Below the pieces are notes generated by a model. That model saw only the letters and a list, made by a program, of their open reading frames with translations. It was not told the origin of the DNA and searched no databases. Shown one piece after another: positions 20,031 through 29,494 of a stretch of DNA of 29,494 bases. Every line of letters begins with the position of its first letter. Position 1 is the first letter of the stretch. Where the stretch lies: positions 1-29,494 of the forward strand of contig JBNJFB010000025.1 of NCBI GenBank assembly GCA_051746405.1, written 5' to 3'. This DNA comes from Campylobacterota bacterium (GTDB lineage: Bacteria; Campylobacterota; Campylobacteria; Campylobacterales; Arcobacteraceae). Position numbers and translations under genes: made by a program.

Positions 20031-21647
20031 ATGACTAAATTTATTTTTGTAACAGGAGGGGTTCTAAGTTCACTTGGCAAGGGTATTACCTCTGCTTCAA
20101 TAGCAACTATTTTAAAACAATCAGGCTTTAAAATAAGTATGCTAAAAATTGACCCTTATTTAAATGTTGACCCAGGGACAATGAGTCCACTAGAACACGG
20201 TGAAGTTTTTGTAACATCAGATGGTGCTGAAACTGACCTTGACTTAGGAAACTATGAGAGATTTATTGATACTACATTAACTGCAAAAAACTCATTTACT
20301 ACAGGACAAGTTTATCAAAGTGTAATTAAAAGAGAAAGAGAAGGTGGATACTTAGGTAAAACTATTCAAGTAATACCTCATGTTGTTGATGAAATTAAAG
20401 ATAGAATCTATGATGCAGCAGATGAACATGACTTTTTAATCATAGAGCTTGGTGGAACTGTTGGAGATATTGAAGGTCTTCCTTTTATGGAAGCTATTAG
20501 AGCAATAAGACACGAACTTCCAAAAACAAATACTATGAATATTCATGTTAGTTTAATTCCATATATTAAAGCAGCAGGTGAGCTTAAAACAAAGCCAACA
20601 CAACACTCAGTTCAAGAGTTAAGAAGAATTGGTATTACTCCACATATGTTAGTTTGTAGAACAGAAAAAGAACTTCCAAAAAACCTCAAAGATAAATTAG
20701 CCCTTTCGTGTGACATTGATAGAAATGCAGTAATTGAAGCAGGTGATGCCCAATCAATTTATCAAGTTCCCCTACACTTTATAAAAGAGGGAATTTTAAA
20801 TCCATTATCAGAGCACTTTAATATTAAATTTAAACCAAACATGAGTAAATGGGATACATTAGTAAAAAATATTTTAGTACCTCAAGAAGAGACAACTATA
20901 GCTTTTGTTGGTAAATATTTAGATTTAAAAGAGTCTTATAAATCACTTATTGAAGCTTTAATTCATGCAGGTGCTCACTTAAATACAAAAGTTAATATCC
21001 ACTGGTGTGATAGTGAAAAAATAGAAGATATTGGTGCTTATGAAGTAATTGGAAGCTCTGATGCTATTTTAGTTGCAGGTGGATTTGGACATAGAGGAGT
21101 TAAAGGTAAGCTTGAAGCTATTAAGTATGCAAGGCAGAATAAAATTCCTTACTTAGGTATCTGTCTTGGAATGCAGCTTGCAATGGTTGAGTATGCTAGA
21201 AATGTACTTGGAATAGATAATGCAACCTCTGTAGAGTTTGATTCAGATGCATCTGAACCTGTTATTTATTTAATTGATGAGTTTATTGACCAAAGTGGAA
21301 GTAAACAATTAAGAACTCATAAATCTCCAATGGGTGGAACTATGAGATTAGGTGAATATCCATTTGAGCCATTAAAAGGTTCAATTTTGCAAAAAGCTTA
21401 TGGTAATGAAACAGTTTATCAAGAGAGACATAGACATAGATATGAAGCAAACCCAGCTTATAAACAAAGACTTGAAGATGCAGGTATGCTTGTAACAGGT
21501 CAATCAGATGGTCTAATTGAAGCAGTTGAAATAAAAGACCACCCATGGTTTGTTGGAGTTCAGTTTCATCCAGAGTTTACTTCGCATTTAGAGACGCCAA
21601 ATCCTATTATTTTAGAGTTTGTAAAACAAGCAAATAAAAAAGACTAA
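20031..21647 (+). CDS. pyrG: CTP synthase
   Basis: ATG 20031 after [51 protein letters not shown]. Confidence 0.99.
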   Translation: MTKFIFVTGGVLSSLGKGITSASIATILKQSGFKISMLKIDPYLNVDPGTMSPLEHGEVFVTSDGAETDLDLGNYERFIDTTLTAKNSFTTGQVYQSVIKREREGGYLGKTIQVIPHVVDEIKDRIYDAADEHDFLIIELGGTVGDIEGLPFMEAIRAIRHELPKTNTMNIHVSLIPYIKAAGELKTKPTQHSVQELRRIGITPHMLVCRTEKELPKNLKDKLALSCDIDRNAVIEAGDAQSIYQVPLHFIKEGILNPLSEHFNIKFKPNMSKWDTLVKNILVPQEETTIAFVGKYLDLKESYKSLIEALIHAGAHLNTKVNIHWCDSEKIEDIGAYEVIGSSDAILVAGGFGHRGVKGKLEAIKYARQNKIPYLGICLGMQLAMVEYARNVLGIDNATSVEFDSDASEPVIYLIDEFIDQSGSKQLRTHKSPMGGTMRLGEYPFEPLKGSILQKAYGNETVYQERHRHRYEANPAYKQRLEDAGMLVTGQSDGLIEAVEIKDHPWFVGVQFHPEFTSHLETPNPIILEFVKQANKKD

Positions 21648-23212
21648 TGTCCAAAATTACAAAAAATAGACTCTATGAGATACTATCTGCAAGGCATGTA
21701 AATAACCCTTATTCTCGCCTTGCAAATATTCCATCACCTAATAACTTCAAAGATATAAATAAAGCCTGCAATAGAATCAAAAATGCAGTTTTAAATAATG
21801 AAAAGATTACAATAGTTGGAGATTATGATGTGGACGGGGTTGTATCCACTACAATAGTTGTTGATTTTTTTGAAAAAATAGATTACAAAGTAGATTATAT
21901 AATACCAAACAGATTTGAACATGGTTATGGATTAAGTCCAAAAATAGTTGATATGATTGATAATGGTCTTGTAATAACTGTTGATAATGGAATATCAGCT
22001 GTTGAAGCTTCAAAAAAACTAAAAGAAAAGAGTATTGATTTAATCATTACAGATCATCACACCGTAGGTGAGCAGTTACCTTATGCACTAGCTATTATAA
22101 ACCCAAAACAAGATGATTGTAAATTTGAATTTAAAGAGATATGTGGTGCACAAGTGGCATGGTATTTATGTGCAGCTATTAAAAAAGAGCTAAACTTAGA
22201 TGTTAATATGGGAGATTTTCTAGATCTTCTAGCTCTTGCTATTATTGCAGATATAATGCCAATGACAGCACTTAATTACACAATGGTAAAGCAAGGACTT
22301 AAAAAAATAAAAGTATCCAAGCGTGAGGCTTTTAAAAAGCTAAATGAAATAATGCCTAAAGATAGTTTAGTATCTGATGATGTTGGCTTTTTTATAGCTC
22401 CAAAACTAAATAGTGCAGGTAGAATGGATGATGCATCAATTGCTTTATCCTTTTTACTCTCAAAAAACTCCTTTGAAGCAAATGACTCTTTACAACTGCT
22501 AGAAGAGTTAAATAACTTTAGAAAAACACTTCAACAAGAGATTACCAAAAAAGCACAACTTGCGAGTGATGAGAATGACAATGCAATAGTAGTTTGGGGT
22601 GAAAACTGGCATGAGGGTGTTATAGGTATTGTAGCTTCACAAATATCAAACAAATTTAAAAGACCTGCATTTGTATTTTCAATAAATAATGGAATAGCCA
22701 AAGGAAGTGCAAGGGCAAACGGTCATATAAACTTATATAACCTAATTACAAAAGCCTCACATTTACTAAAAGGATATGGTGGACACAAAAATGCAGCTGG
22801 ATTATCCCTAGAAGCTGTAAACCTAGAAGAGTTTAAAAAAAATATAAATATGCAATTACAAAATAAAGAAGAAGAGCTTCACATAGAACCTAAAACCATA
22901 GGAGAACTTGATATTAAAGCTGTTGATTTGGATTTTTTATCAATAATTGAGAAGTTTGAACCATATGGTTTACAAAACCATAAACCAATATTTAAACTAT
23001 CAAATGTAAAAGTTGTAAAGTATGATTTAATAGGAAAAGACAAAAATCACTTAAAACTTGTTTTAAATAGTCAAGGTATAGTTTTTGAAGCTTTAAAATT
23101 CAATGACTCAAATACTAATTTTAATAGCACTCTTGATTTAATAGTATCATTAAATAAAAATGAGTTTAGAAATCAAGTTAATATACAATATTTAATACAA
23201 GAGATTCTATAA
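21647..23212 (+). CDS. recJ: Single-stranded-DNA-specific exonuclease
   Basis: GDYDVDG, HGYG, VDNG, TDHH, PKLNSAGR, HEGVIGIVA, GSAR, GGH, EPYG; TAATG coupling to pyrG. Confidence 0.98.
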   Translation: MSKITKNRLYEILSARHVNNPYSRLANIPSPNNFKDINKACNRIKNAVLNNEKITIVGDYDVDGVVSTTIVVDFFEKIDYKVDYIIPNRFEHGYGLSPKIVDMIDNGLVITVDNGISAVEASKKLKEKSIDLIITDHHTVGEQLPYALAIINPKQDDCKFEFKEICGAQVAWYLCAAIKKELNLDVNMGDFLDLLALAIIADIMPMTALNYTMVKQGLKKIKVSKREAFKKLNEIMPKDSLVSDDVGFFIAPKLNSAGRMDDASIALSFLLSKNSFEANDSLQLLEELNNFRKTLQQEITKKAQLASDENDNAIVVWGENWHEGVIGIVASQISNKFKRPAFVFSINNGIAKGSARANGHINLYNLITKASHLLKGYGGHKNAAGLSLEAVNLEEFKKNINMQLQNKEEELHIEPKTIGELDIKAVDLDFLSIIEKFEPYGLQNHKPIFKLSNVKVVKYDLIGKDKNHLKLVLNSQGIVFEALKFNDSNTNFNSTLDLIVSLNKNEFRNQVNIQYLIQEIL

Positions 23213-23800
23213 AGTAAGGTTAGGCCTTAATATAATCTCATCTTCTTCTTTTCCCTCTAGACTTAATATCTCTTTATCAATAGCCGTTCTTTTATGAGAA
23301 GATGCTAGTATATTTCCAGTTTCTATATCTATTAGCTTAATAAATACATTTAAACTTTTTGTAGAAATAGAGTAAGTTCCAACTACTGCATATTTTGACT
23401 TCTTTATTGTATTAGAAAGTACTTTGCTACTATCTCTAATCAAAACATTAAAGCCACTTCTACCTAAAGTAAAATCTTTACCAAACTCAATCTCTTTTAC
23501 TATTATACTTGAAGATACTAACTTATCTTTTAACATATTTGATAATAAAAAACCAAGTTGCGAACGATTTTTTAAATCATCGATATTTACAAAATCTGAT
23601 ACTAAAATAACTTGCTCTTGGGTTATGATATTATTTATTTTTTTGCTTGATTCATTTACAAGACTTGAAACAAGTGAATCAAAGTTATTAGCTCCATCAA
23701 GGGGATTTTTGTACTGGGAAATAGTACATGAAGCTAAAAAAAGAGTAATAAAACTCAAAAGCAAATAAAACTTAAGAGTCTTAAAAGAAAAGTTTGCCAC
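23207..23800 (-). CDS. FlgO-family outer membrane lipoprotein
   Basis: Lipobox LASC; VSDFVNIDDL, LGFLLS, VVGTYS, IKLIDIETGNILAS match the FlgO domain pattern. Confidence 0.75.
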   Translation of the reverse strand: MANFSFKTLKFYLLLSFITLFLASCTISQYKNPLDGANNFDSLVSSLVNESSKKINNIITQEQVILVSDFVNIDDLKNRSQLGFLLSNMLKDKLVSSSIIVKEIEFGKDFTLGRSGFNVLIRDSSKVLSNTIKKSKYAVVGTYSISTKSLNVFIKLIDIETGNILASSHKRTAIDKEILSLEGKEEDEIILRPNLTL

Positions 23801-23802
23801 TT

Positions 23803-24513
23803 CTATTTTTCTTTTAATATTTTAACAGTTCTAGCTGGTTTACAGTCATTAAATAGCATACAGTCATTAGCTCTTCCATGATGATATGTGGACCTAGCAC
23901 TTGTGATAATTCTTCCAGTTGCATTATCAATAACTCTTGCATTTAAAATTACATTTTTATACTGTCTAGAGTAAGTACCAACTACAACATAAGTATTAGG
24001 TGTTTTTCCTTTCATCTGTCTTACTTTTCTTGTTATGAAGTACTCACCCTCATCATTTACAGATACACCAACTTGACCCCTAAACTCTATAATATTAAAT
24101 CCTCTATTTGATAGTTCGTTGATTAAACTTTCACTTATAATTCTACCAAACTCTGTTGTTTTTTTAAACTGATCTAACCTAACAAATGAAGTTATAATAA
24201 CAGGTTTATTTGTCATTAGTTTTTGATTTCTCATCATTTGCGTTGCAAGTGAATTAATCGTACTTTCTAATGTTCTTTGTGTGGTTATAAATTGCTCTTT
24301 ATCATCTGCTATTTTCAAATACTCTTTTGTTATTTGAACATTCTCATTTGTTTGCCTTAAGTGCTTGTTGCTTGCATATTTTGAGCCTGTGAATGTTGAA
24401 CTACTAGAAGAAGGTTCTTGATCTTTTTGAGCTGCTGCTTGATAGTTTTGACATCCTGAATAGAAAACTGCAAAGATAGCTACAGTAAAAATCCTAAAAA
24501 AAGTCTTCGACAT
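23803..24513 (-). CDS. FlgO-family outer membrane lipoprotein
   Basis: Lipobox YSGC; ITSFVRLD, FGRIISESLINEL..RGF, GEYFITR, VVVGTYS, NARVID..TGRIITSA. Confidence 0.8.
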   Translation of the reverse strand: MSKTFFRIFTVAIFAVFYSGCQNYQAAAQKDQEPSSSSSTFTGSKYASNKHLRQTNENVQITKEYLKIADDKEQFITTQRTLESTINSLATQMMRNQKLMTNKPVIITSFVRLDQFKKTTEFGRIISESLINELSNRGFNIIEFRGQVGVSVNDEGEYFITRKVRQMKGKTPNTYVVVGTYSRQYKNVILNARVIDNATGRIITSARSTYHHGRANDCMLFNDCKPARTVKILKEK

Positions 24514-24714
24514 AAATTTCCCCTTGATATAATTCTTTAAATTTTATTTAAATATAGCTTATAATTTCTTGAAAATACCCATAAAATAGATAATTTTAAA
24601 TAATTTCACTAATTTTTGCTAATATAAATATTATTTATTTGTAACTAAACCTAAAGGTTATCTTGATATTATATTTTTAAAAAAAATTATTAATATGATT
24701 GGATTAGTTATAAA

Positions 24715-25494
24715 GTGAATAAAAATGATTTATTAAATAAAAAATTAGCAATATCATTAGGTGGAGGAGCAGCTAGAGGTGCCTTTCACTTAGGTTTTTT
24801 ACACTTTTGTGATAAAAACAAAATTACCTTTGATGCTTTTAGTGGTTCTTCCATTGGAAGTATTATTAGTGCCTCTTATGCAAGTGGAGTTTTAGCAAAA
24901 GAGCAACTAGAGATATTTTGCTCAAAAGATATTAAAAAACTTATAAAATTTAACTATTTTAAAAATGGTCTTTTCAAAATAGAAGATGATACAACAGTTT
25001 TAGATAAACTACTTCCTATTAGTAGGCTTGAAGATATTGAAAAATCCATATATATCAATGCTTATGATTTAAAAAAACAAAAGCTTCACTACTTCACTAA
25101 AGGCAATACAGTTACACTATGCAAAGCATCAAGTGCATTAATTCCTATGTTTAAACCCATATCATACAAAAATATGTACTTAATAGATGGGGGTCTTTTT
25201 GATAATGTCCCAATAAAACCTTTATTAGATAAAAACTATCATATTCTAAGCTTAGATTTATTCCCAAGTAGAAATAGAGTAATTAAAAGTAATAGTTTTA
25301 ATTTAATAAAATATTTAAAGAAAAAAACTTTCACTCAGTTATATGAAAATAAAAAATTTACAAAAAAATTCACAGATGAATATATAACAAATACAGAGCT
25401 TTTAGAGTTCTCATTGTTTACTTTTGATGAGCTACATGAGTGTTTCAATCTTGGGTTTAAAGAAGCCGAAAACTTTTTTTTAGATATAATATAA
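24715..25494 (+). CDS. Patatin-like phospholipase
   Basis: LGGGAARG oxyanion motif, GSSIG nucleophile, ASSALIP, DGG catalytic Asp. Confidence 0.93.
   Translation: MNKNDLLNKKLAISLGGGAARGAFHLGFLHFCDKNKITFDAFSGSSIGSIISASYASGVLAKEQLEIFCSKDIKKLIKFNYFKNGLFKIEDDTTVLDKLLPISRLEDIEKSIYINAYDLKKQKLHYFTKGNTVTLCKASSALIPMFKPISYKNMYLIDGGLFDNVPIKPLLDKNYHILSLDLFPSRNRVIKSNSFNLIKYLKKKTFTQLYENKKFTKKFTDEYITNTELLEFSLFTFDELHECFNLGFKEAENFFLDII
25485..25490 (+). promoter_or_regulatory. Possible -10 box for dnaE inside the 3' end of the patatin gene
   Basis: TATAAT ~45 nt upstream of the dnaE ATG. Confidence 0.4.
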
Positions 25495-25534
25495 AATATT
25501 TAATAAACAAAATTTTTAAAGAAAAGATTATATT

Positions 25535-28500
25535 ATGTCACAAATACCAGAGTTTACACATTTACATCTGCATACAGAGTATTCACTACTTGATGGTGCA
25601 AATAAAATCAAACCATTAGCAAAAAAAATTAAAGATTTAGGTATGAAATCAGTGGCTATGACTGACCATGGGAACATGTTTGGTGCCATTGATTTTTACA
25701 ATGCCATGAAAAATGAAGGTATTAAGCCGATTATTGGGATGGAAGCATATATCCACAATAGTCAAGAACTTTCAGATAAATCAAATAGACAAAGATTTCA
25801 CTTATGTCTATATGCAAAAAATGATACAGGGTATAAAAACCTTATGTATCTAAGTTCACAAGCTTATATGTACGGATTTTACTACTATCCAAGAATCAAT
25901 AAAAAACTTTTAAGAGAAAATAGCCAAGGGCTTGTTTGTAGTGCTGCGTGTTTACAAGGTGAAATAAACTGGCACCTAAACACAAAAAATGAAAAAAATG
26001 TAAGAAATGGTGCCAAAGGTTACCAAAGAGCAAAAGAGATTGCCTTAGAATACAAAGAGATATTTGGGGATGATTTCTATCTTGAAATTATGAGACATGG
26101 TATTGAAGACCAACACTTTGTTGATGATATGATTTTAAAAATCGCCCATGAAACAGGAATAAAGGTAGTTGCTACTAATGACACACACTATTTAAATCCA
26201 AAAGATGCGGATGCACATGAAGCCTTTATGTGTATTGCGATGAATAAACTTTATGATGATCCAAATAGATTAAGACACTCAGTACATGAGTTTTATTTAA
26301 AATCACCTGAACAAATAGCAAAACTATATGCTGATATCCCTGAAGCTATTGAGGCAACCCAAGAGATATCTGATAAGTGTAATTTAGAGATAAAATTGGG
26401 TAACCCAACACCTCCAAACTTTAAATTTACAAGGGATAAATTAAAAGAGCAAAACCAACCAATTCCCCAACCCCAAGAGGAGTATTCACTACAAAATGAT
26501 ATTGCACTTTTTACATTAGAGTGTTGGAATGGCTTAGAAAAAAGACTTGAAATTGTTCCAAAGCAGAAGCATGAAGAGTATAGACAACGACTTCAAAGGG
26601 AAATGGATATTATAAATAGCATGAAATTCCCAGGCTACATGCTTATTGTATGGGACTTTGTTATTGTTGCTAAAAAAATGGGTATTCCAGTGGGACCTGG
26701 AAGAGGTTCTGCAGCTGGAAGTTTGGTTGCTTACTGTCTTTTTATTACAGATATTGACCCAATGCCTTATGATTTACTTTTTGAGAGATTTCTAAATCCT
26801 GAAAGAGTATCTATGCCAGATATTGATATGGACTTTTGTCAAACTAGAAGAGGTGAGATAATTGACTATGTTATACAGCAGTATGGAAGAGCTAATGTTG
26901 CACAGATTATTACATTTGGTAAACTTCTTGCTAAAGGTGTTATTAGAGATGTAGCTAGAGTCTTAGATATGCCCTACTCAAAAGCTGATGCAATGGCTAA
27001 ACTAATTCCAGATGAACTAGGAATAAACCTTAAAGACTCATGGGATAAAGAACCAAAAATAAAAGAGTTATGTGATAAAGATCCCCTTGCAAAAAGAGTT
27101 TGGGAGTTCGCCCTTGCACTAGAAGGATTAAATAGAAATGCAGGTACTCATGCAGCTGGGGTTGTAATATCAAATGAAGAGTTATGGAAAAAAACACCAC
27201 TATTTAAACCAAGTGGACTTGATACACTTGCCACACAATACAATGGAAAATATGTAGAGGATGTTGATTTAATCAAATTTGACTTCTTAGGTCTTAAAAC
27301 ACTTACTGTTATTGAAGAGGCTAATAAACTAGTTGAGAGAAGACATGGTAAAAGAATTGATTTTATTAAAGCTGATGTAAATGATAAAGGTGTTTATGAT
27401 TTAATTCAAACAGGTAATACTATTGGACTATTTCAAATTGAATCTGATGGTATGCAAGATTTATGTAAGAGGTTAGCACCTTCAAGATTTGAAGATATTA
27501 TTGCCGTACTTGCACTTTATAGACCAGGTCCAATGGAATCAGGAATGCTTGATGACTTTATTGAAAGAAAGCATGGTAGAGCAAAAATTGATTACTTTTA
27601 TGATGAGTTTGAAGAGCCATTAAAGCCCATACTTGAAACAACATATGGAGTTATTGTATATCAAGAGCAAGTTATGCAAATTGTTCAAACAATTGGTGGC
27701 TTTTCCCTTGGTGGTGCTGATTTAGTAAGAAGAGCCATGGGTAAAAAGATTCAATCTGAGATGGATAAACTAAAAGTCGAGTTCGCCAATGGTGCTCAAG
27801 AGAAAGGTTATACTAGAAAATATGCGGAAGAACTTTTTGATCTAATTGTAAAGTTTGCAGGATATGGTTTTAATAAATCTCACTCAGCAGCCTATGCTCT
27901 TGTAACCTTTTATACCTCATATTTAAAATGTTATTACCCAGCAGAGTTTATGTCTGCACTTTTAACCTTCGAAAAAGATAACACAGACAAAGTTGTTAAA
28001 TATGTGGATGAAGTAAAAAGATTAAAACTTGACCTTTTTCCACCTGATGTTAATAAGTCAGATTTAGTTTTTGCTCCTAAAAAAATTGATAATGACGAAG
28101 TTGTAATGTTTGGAATGGGTGCTATTAAAGGTGCAGGAGATGTGGCCATTAAATCAGTTTTAAAAGCAAGAGAGCAAGATGGTGAGTTTAAAGATTTAAG
28201 TGATTTCATATCAAGAATAGATGGTAGTAAAGTAAATAAAAGAGTTATCGAGTCACTAACAAAAGCAGGAGCTCTGGACTCTTTTGGATATTCAAGGAAA
28301 TCTCTACTTGAACAAATAGAAGTTATAGGTGAAACCGTAGCAAATGTAGCAAAAGCAAAGAAAATGGCAACAGGTTCACTATTTGGAGATGATGAAGAGC
28401 TAACTAGAATTGATATTGAATTAGAGCATATGAGTGAATATGACTCAAAAGAGTTATTAGAGTTTGAAAAGGCATCATTAGGTTTTTATGTATCAGGTCA

Positions 28501-29080
28501 CCCTCTTGATGATTATAGAGAGCAACTAAACCAAATCACATATACCCTATCTTCACAAATAGATGAAGTAGCAGATGGCTCACAAGCTTTATTTGTAGGT
28601 AAAATAGAAAGCATTACTGAAAAAATTTCTAAAAAAGGAAATAAGTTTGGAATAGCTTCCCTTATGGACCTTCATGGAAATATTGAACTAATGCTATTTG
28701 AAAATAGACTAAAAGAGTTAGAGGATAATTTTAATTTAGAAGAGCCACTTGCATTTAAAGTAAAGGTCTCAAAGGATGACCAGTTTACAAGAATAAATAT
28801 CTTAAAAATTGAAAGCTTACAAGATGCTAGTAAAGAGAGAATTAAAACAAAACAGATAAAAAAACAAGAACCACCACTAACTGTTGCTATTCCTTTTAAT
28901 AACAAAGATGAAGTTATGTATAAACTTTTTGAAATCATTGCACACAATCAAGGAAGACGCGAATTTAAAGTATTAGTAAAATCAAAACTTGCAGATATAG
29001 AATTAGAAACAGGTTTTAAAGTTACTTCAAATGTGGAGAAGTTAATAAGCCAAATTCAAGGGGCTTATGTGGTAGCATAA
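25535..29080 (+). CDS. dnaE: DNA polymerase III alpha subunit
   Basis: PHP HLHLHTEYSLLDG, GPGRGSAAGS, MPDIDMD, IKFDFLGL, YGFNKSH, OB fold; no intein. Confidence 0.99.
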   Translation: MSQIPEFTHLHLHTEYSLLDGANKIKPLAKKIKDLGMKSVAMTDHGNMFGAIDFYNAMKNEGIKPIIGMEAYIHNSQELSDKSNRQRFHLCLYAKNDTGYKNLMYLSSQAYMYGFYYYPRINKKLLRENSQGLVCSAACLQGEINWHLNTKNEKNVRNGAKGYQRAKEIALEYKEIFGDDFYLEIMRHGIEDQHFVDDMILKIAHETGIKVVATNDTHYLNPKDADAHEAFMCIAMNKLYDDPNRLRHSVHEFYLKSPEQIAKLYADIPEAIEATQEISDKCNLEIKLGNPTPPNFKFTRDKLKEQNQPIPQPQEEYSLQNDIALFTLECWNGLEKRLEIVPKQKHEEYRQRLQREMDIINSMKFPGYMLIVWDFVIVAKKMGIPVGPGRGSAAGSLVAYCLFITDIDPMPYDLLFERFLNPERVSMPDIDMDFCQTRRGEIIDYVIQQYGRANVAQIITFGKLLAKGVIRDVARVLDMPYSKADAMAKLIPDELGINLKDSWDKEPKIKELCDKDPLAKRVWEFALALEGLNRNAGTHAAGVVISNEELWKKTPLFKPSGLDTLATQYNGKYVEDVDLIKFDFLGLKTLTVIEEANKLVERRHGKRIDFIKADVNDKGVYDLIQTGNTIGLFQIESDGMQDLCKRLAPSRFEDIIAVLALYRPGPMESGMLDDFIERKHGRAKIDYFYDEFEEPLKPILETTYGVIVYQEQVMQIVQTIGGFSLGGADLVRRAMGKKIQSEMDKLKVEFANGAQEKGYTRKYAEELFDLIVKFAGYGFNKSHSAAYALVTFYTSYLKCYYPAEFMSALLTFEKDNTDKVVKYVDEVKRLKLDLFPPDVNKSDLVFAPKKIDNDEVVMFGMGAIKGAGDVAIKSVLKAREQDGEFKDLSDFISRIDGSKVNKRVIESLTKAGALDSFGYSRKSLLEQIEVIGETVANVAKAKKMATGSLFGDDEELTRIDIELEHMSEYDSKELLEFEKASLGFYVSGHPLDDYREQLNQITYTLSSQIDEVADGSQALFVGKIESITEKISKKGNKFGIASLMDLHGNIELMLFENRLKELEDNFNLEEPLAFKVKVSKDDQFTRINILKIESLQDASKERIKTKQIKKQEPPLTVAIPFNNKDEVMYKLFEIIAHNQGRREFKVLVKSKLADIELETGFKVTSNVEKLISQIQGAYVVA

Positions 29081-29117
29081 CTACCATTTAAATAAATTAA
29101 ATAATTAAAGGAAAACA

Positions 29118-29381
29118 ATGAACTTTACAGACTCACTACACAATCACATTGATAAGTTAGTTGGAATACTTAAAGATGAGGATGAATTACAACAAGTTTT
29201 AAAGAAAAAGTTTACAAAAAAAGAGTTTAAAGCGTTTGTAGCATTTGAACAGGGCAAAGATTTAAAAGAGGTTTGCGATATTGTAAAAGATAATGAAAAA
29301 AGAGTTGAAGAGCTTTATAAAAGTGCTTGCAAAAAAGTAAACCAAGAAAAAATCAAAAATGAACTAATTAGAAAAGATTAA
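29118..29381 (+). CDS. Small hypothetical protein with sigma-70 region 4/LuxR-like HTH
   Basis: AAAGGA RBS; FTKKEFKAF...GKDLKEVCDIV..NEKRVEELYKSACKK follows HTH spacing. Confidence 0.75.
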   Translation: MNFTDSLHNHIDKLVGILKDEDELQQVLKKKFTKKEFKAFVAFEQGKDLKEVCDIVKDNEKRVEELYKSACKKVNQEKIKNELIRKD

Positions 29382-29391
29382 TCTTTTCTAA
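29368..29391. terminator. Perfect 24-bp palindrome, putative bidirectional terminator
   Basis: TTAGAAAAGATTAATCTTTTCTAA centred on the TAA stop of 29118..29381, between convergent genes. Confidence 0.6.
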
Positions 29392-29404
29392 GTTGTTCCT
29401 TAGT

Positions 29405-29494
29405 CTATTTAAAACCTAAAAGAATCATTCCTACAAACTTATCATTTTTATAAAACTCAATTCTAAAAAGATCACCACTTTTATTTATAGAGAA
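29405..29494 (-). CDS. C-terminal fragment of an unknown convergent gene
   Basis: Open frame entering from the right edge: FSINKSGDLFRIEFYKNDKFVGMILLGFK*, stop just before the palindrome. Confidence 0.6.
   Translation of the reverse strand, partial: FSINKSGDLFRIEFYKNDKFVGMILLGFK

Noticed and set aside
24514..24714. Very AT-rich 200-nt gap as an sRNA or sigma54/sigma28 promoter
   Set aside because: No convincing stem or alternative sigma consensus; consistent with ordinary divergent promoters.
1413..28947. Short antisense ORFs in the track (1413, 2481, 4960, 6956, 10057, 10167, 10316, 11208, 12249, 16522, 17611, 19716, 21340, 23424, 27934, 28672)
   Set aside because: All lie opposite well-supported genes and have shadow-like composition.
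25535..29080. Intein or split in dnaE
   Set aside because: Normal length, and the YGFNKSH region is uninterrupted.

Overview
AT-rich chromosomal window that looks like Arcobacteraceae/Campylobacterota (inferred from gene order, protein styles and AAGGA/TATAAT signals). It is mostly housekeeping: nfo, queH-lpxB-fabZ-lpxA-clpX-mreB-mreC, riboflavin synthase divergent from mnmG, ccoG, pyrG-recJ and dnaE. Accessory or uncharacterised genes are interspersed: an AAA-type ATPase running off the left edge and missed by the ORF track, an AEC transporter, an atypical NDH-2-family flavoprotein next to a c-heme (CxxCH) HAMP-GGDEF-EAL sensor, a lipoprotein with an apparent ATC start, a mycothione-reductase-like disulfide reductase, a degenerate PseG/SpsG-like protein, two tandem FlgO-like lipoproteins, a patatin and a small sigma-region-4-like HTH protein. 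I saw no rRNA, tRNA, CRISPR array, IS element or prophage. No complete novel system is demonstrable from this window. The best leads are the edge ATPase, the flavoprotein plus heme-sensor pair, the non-canonical start, and the structured ribE/mnmG intergenic region.
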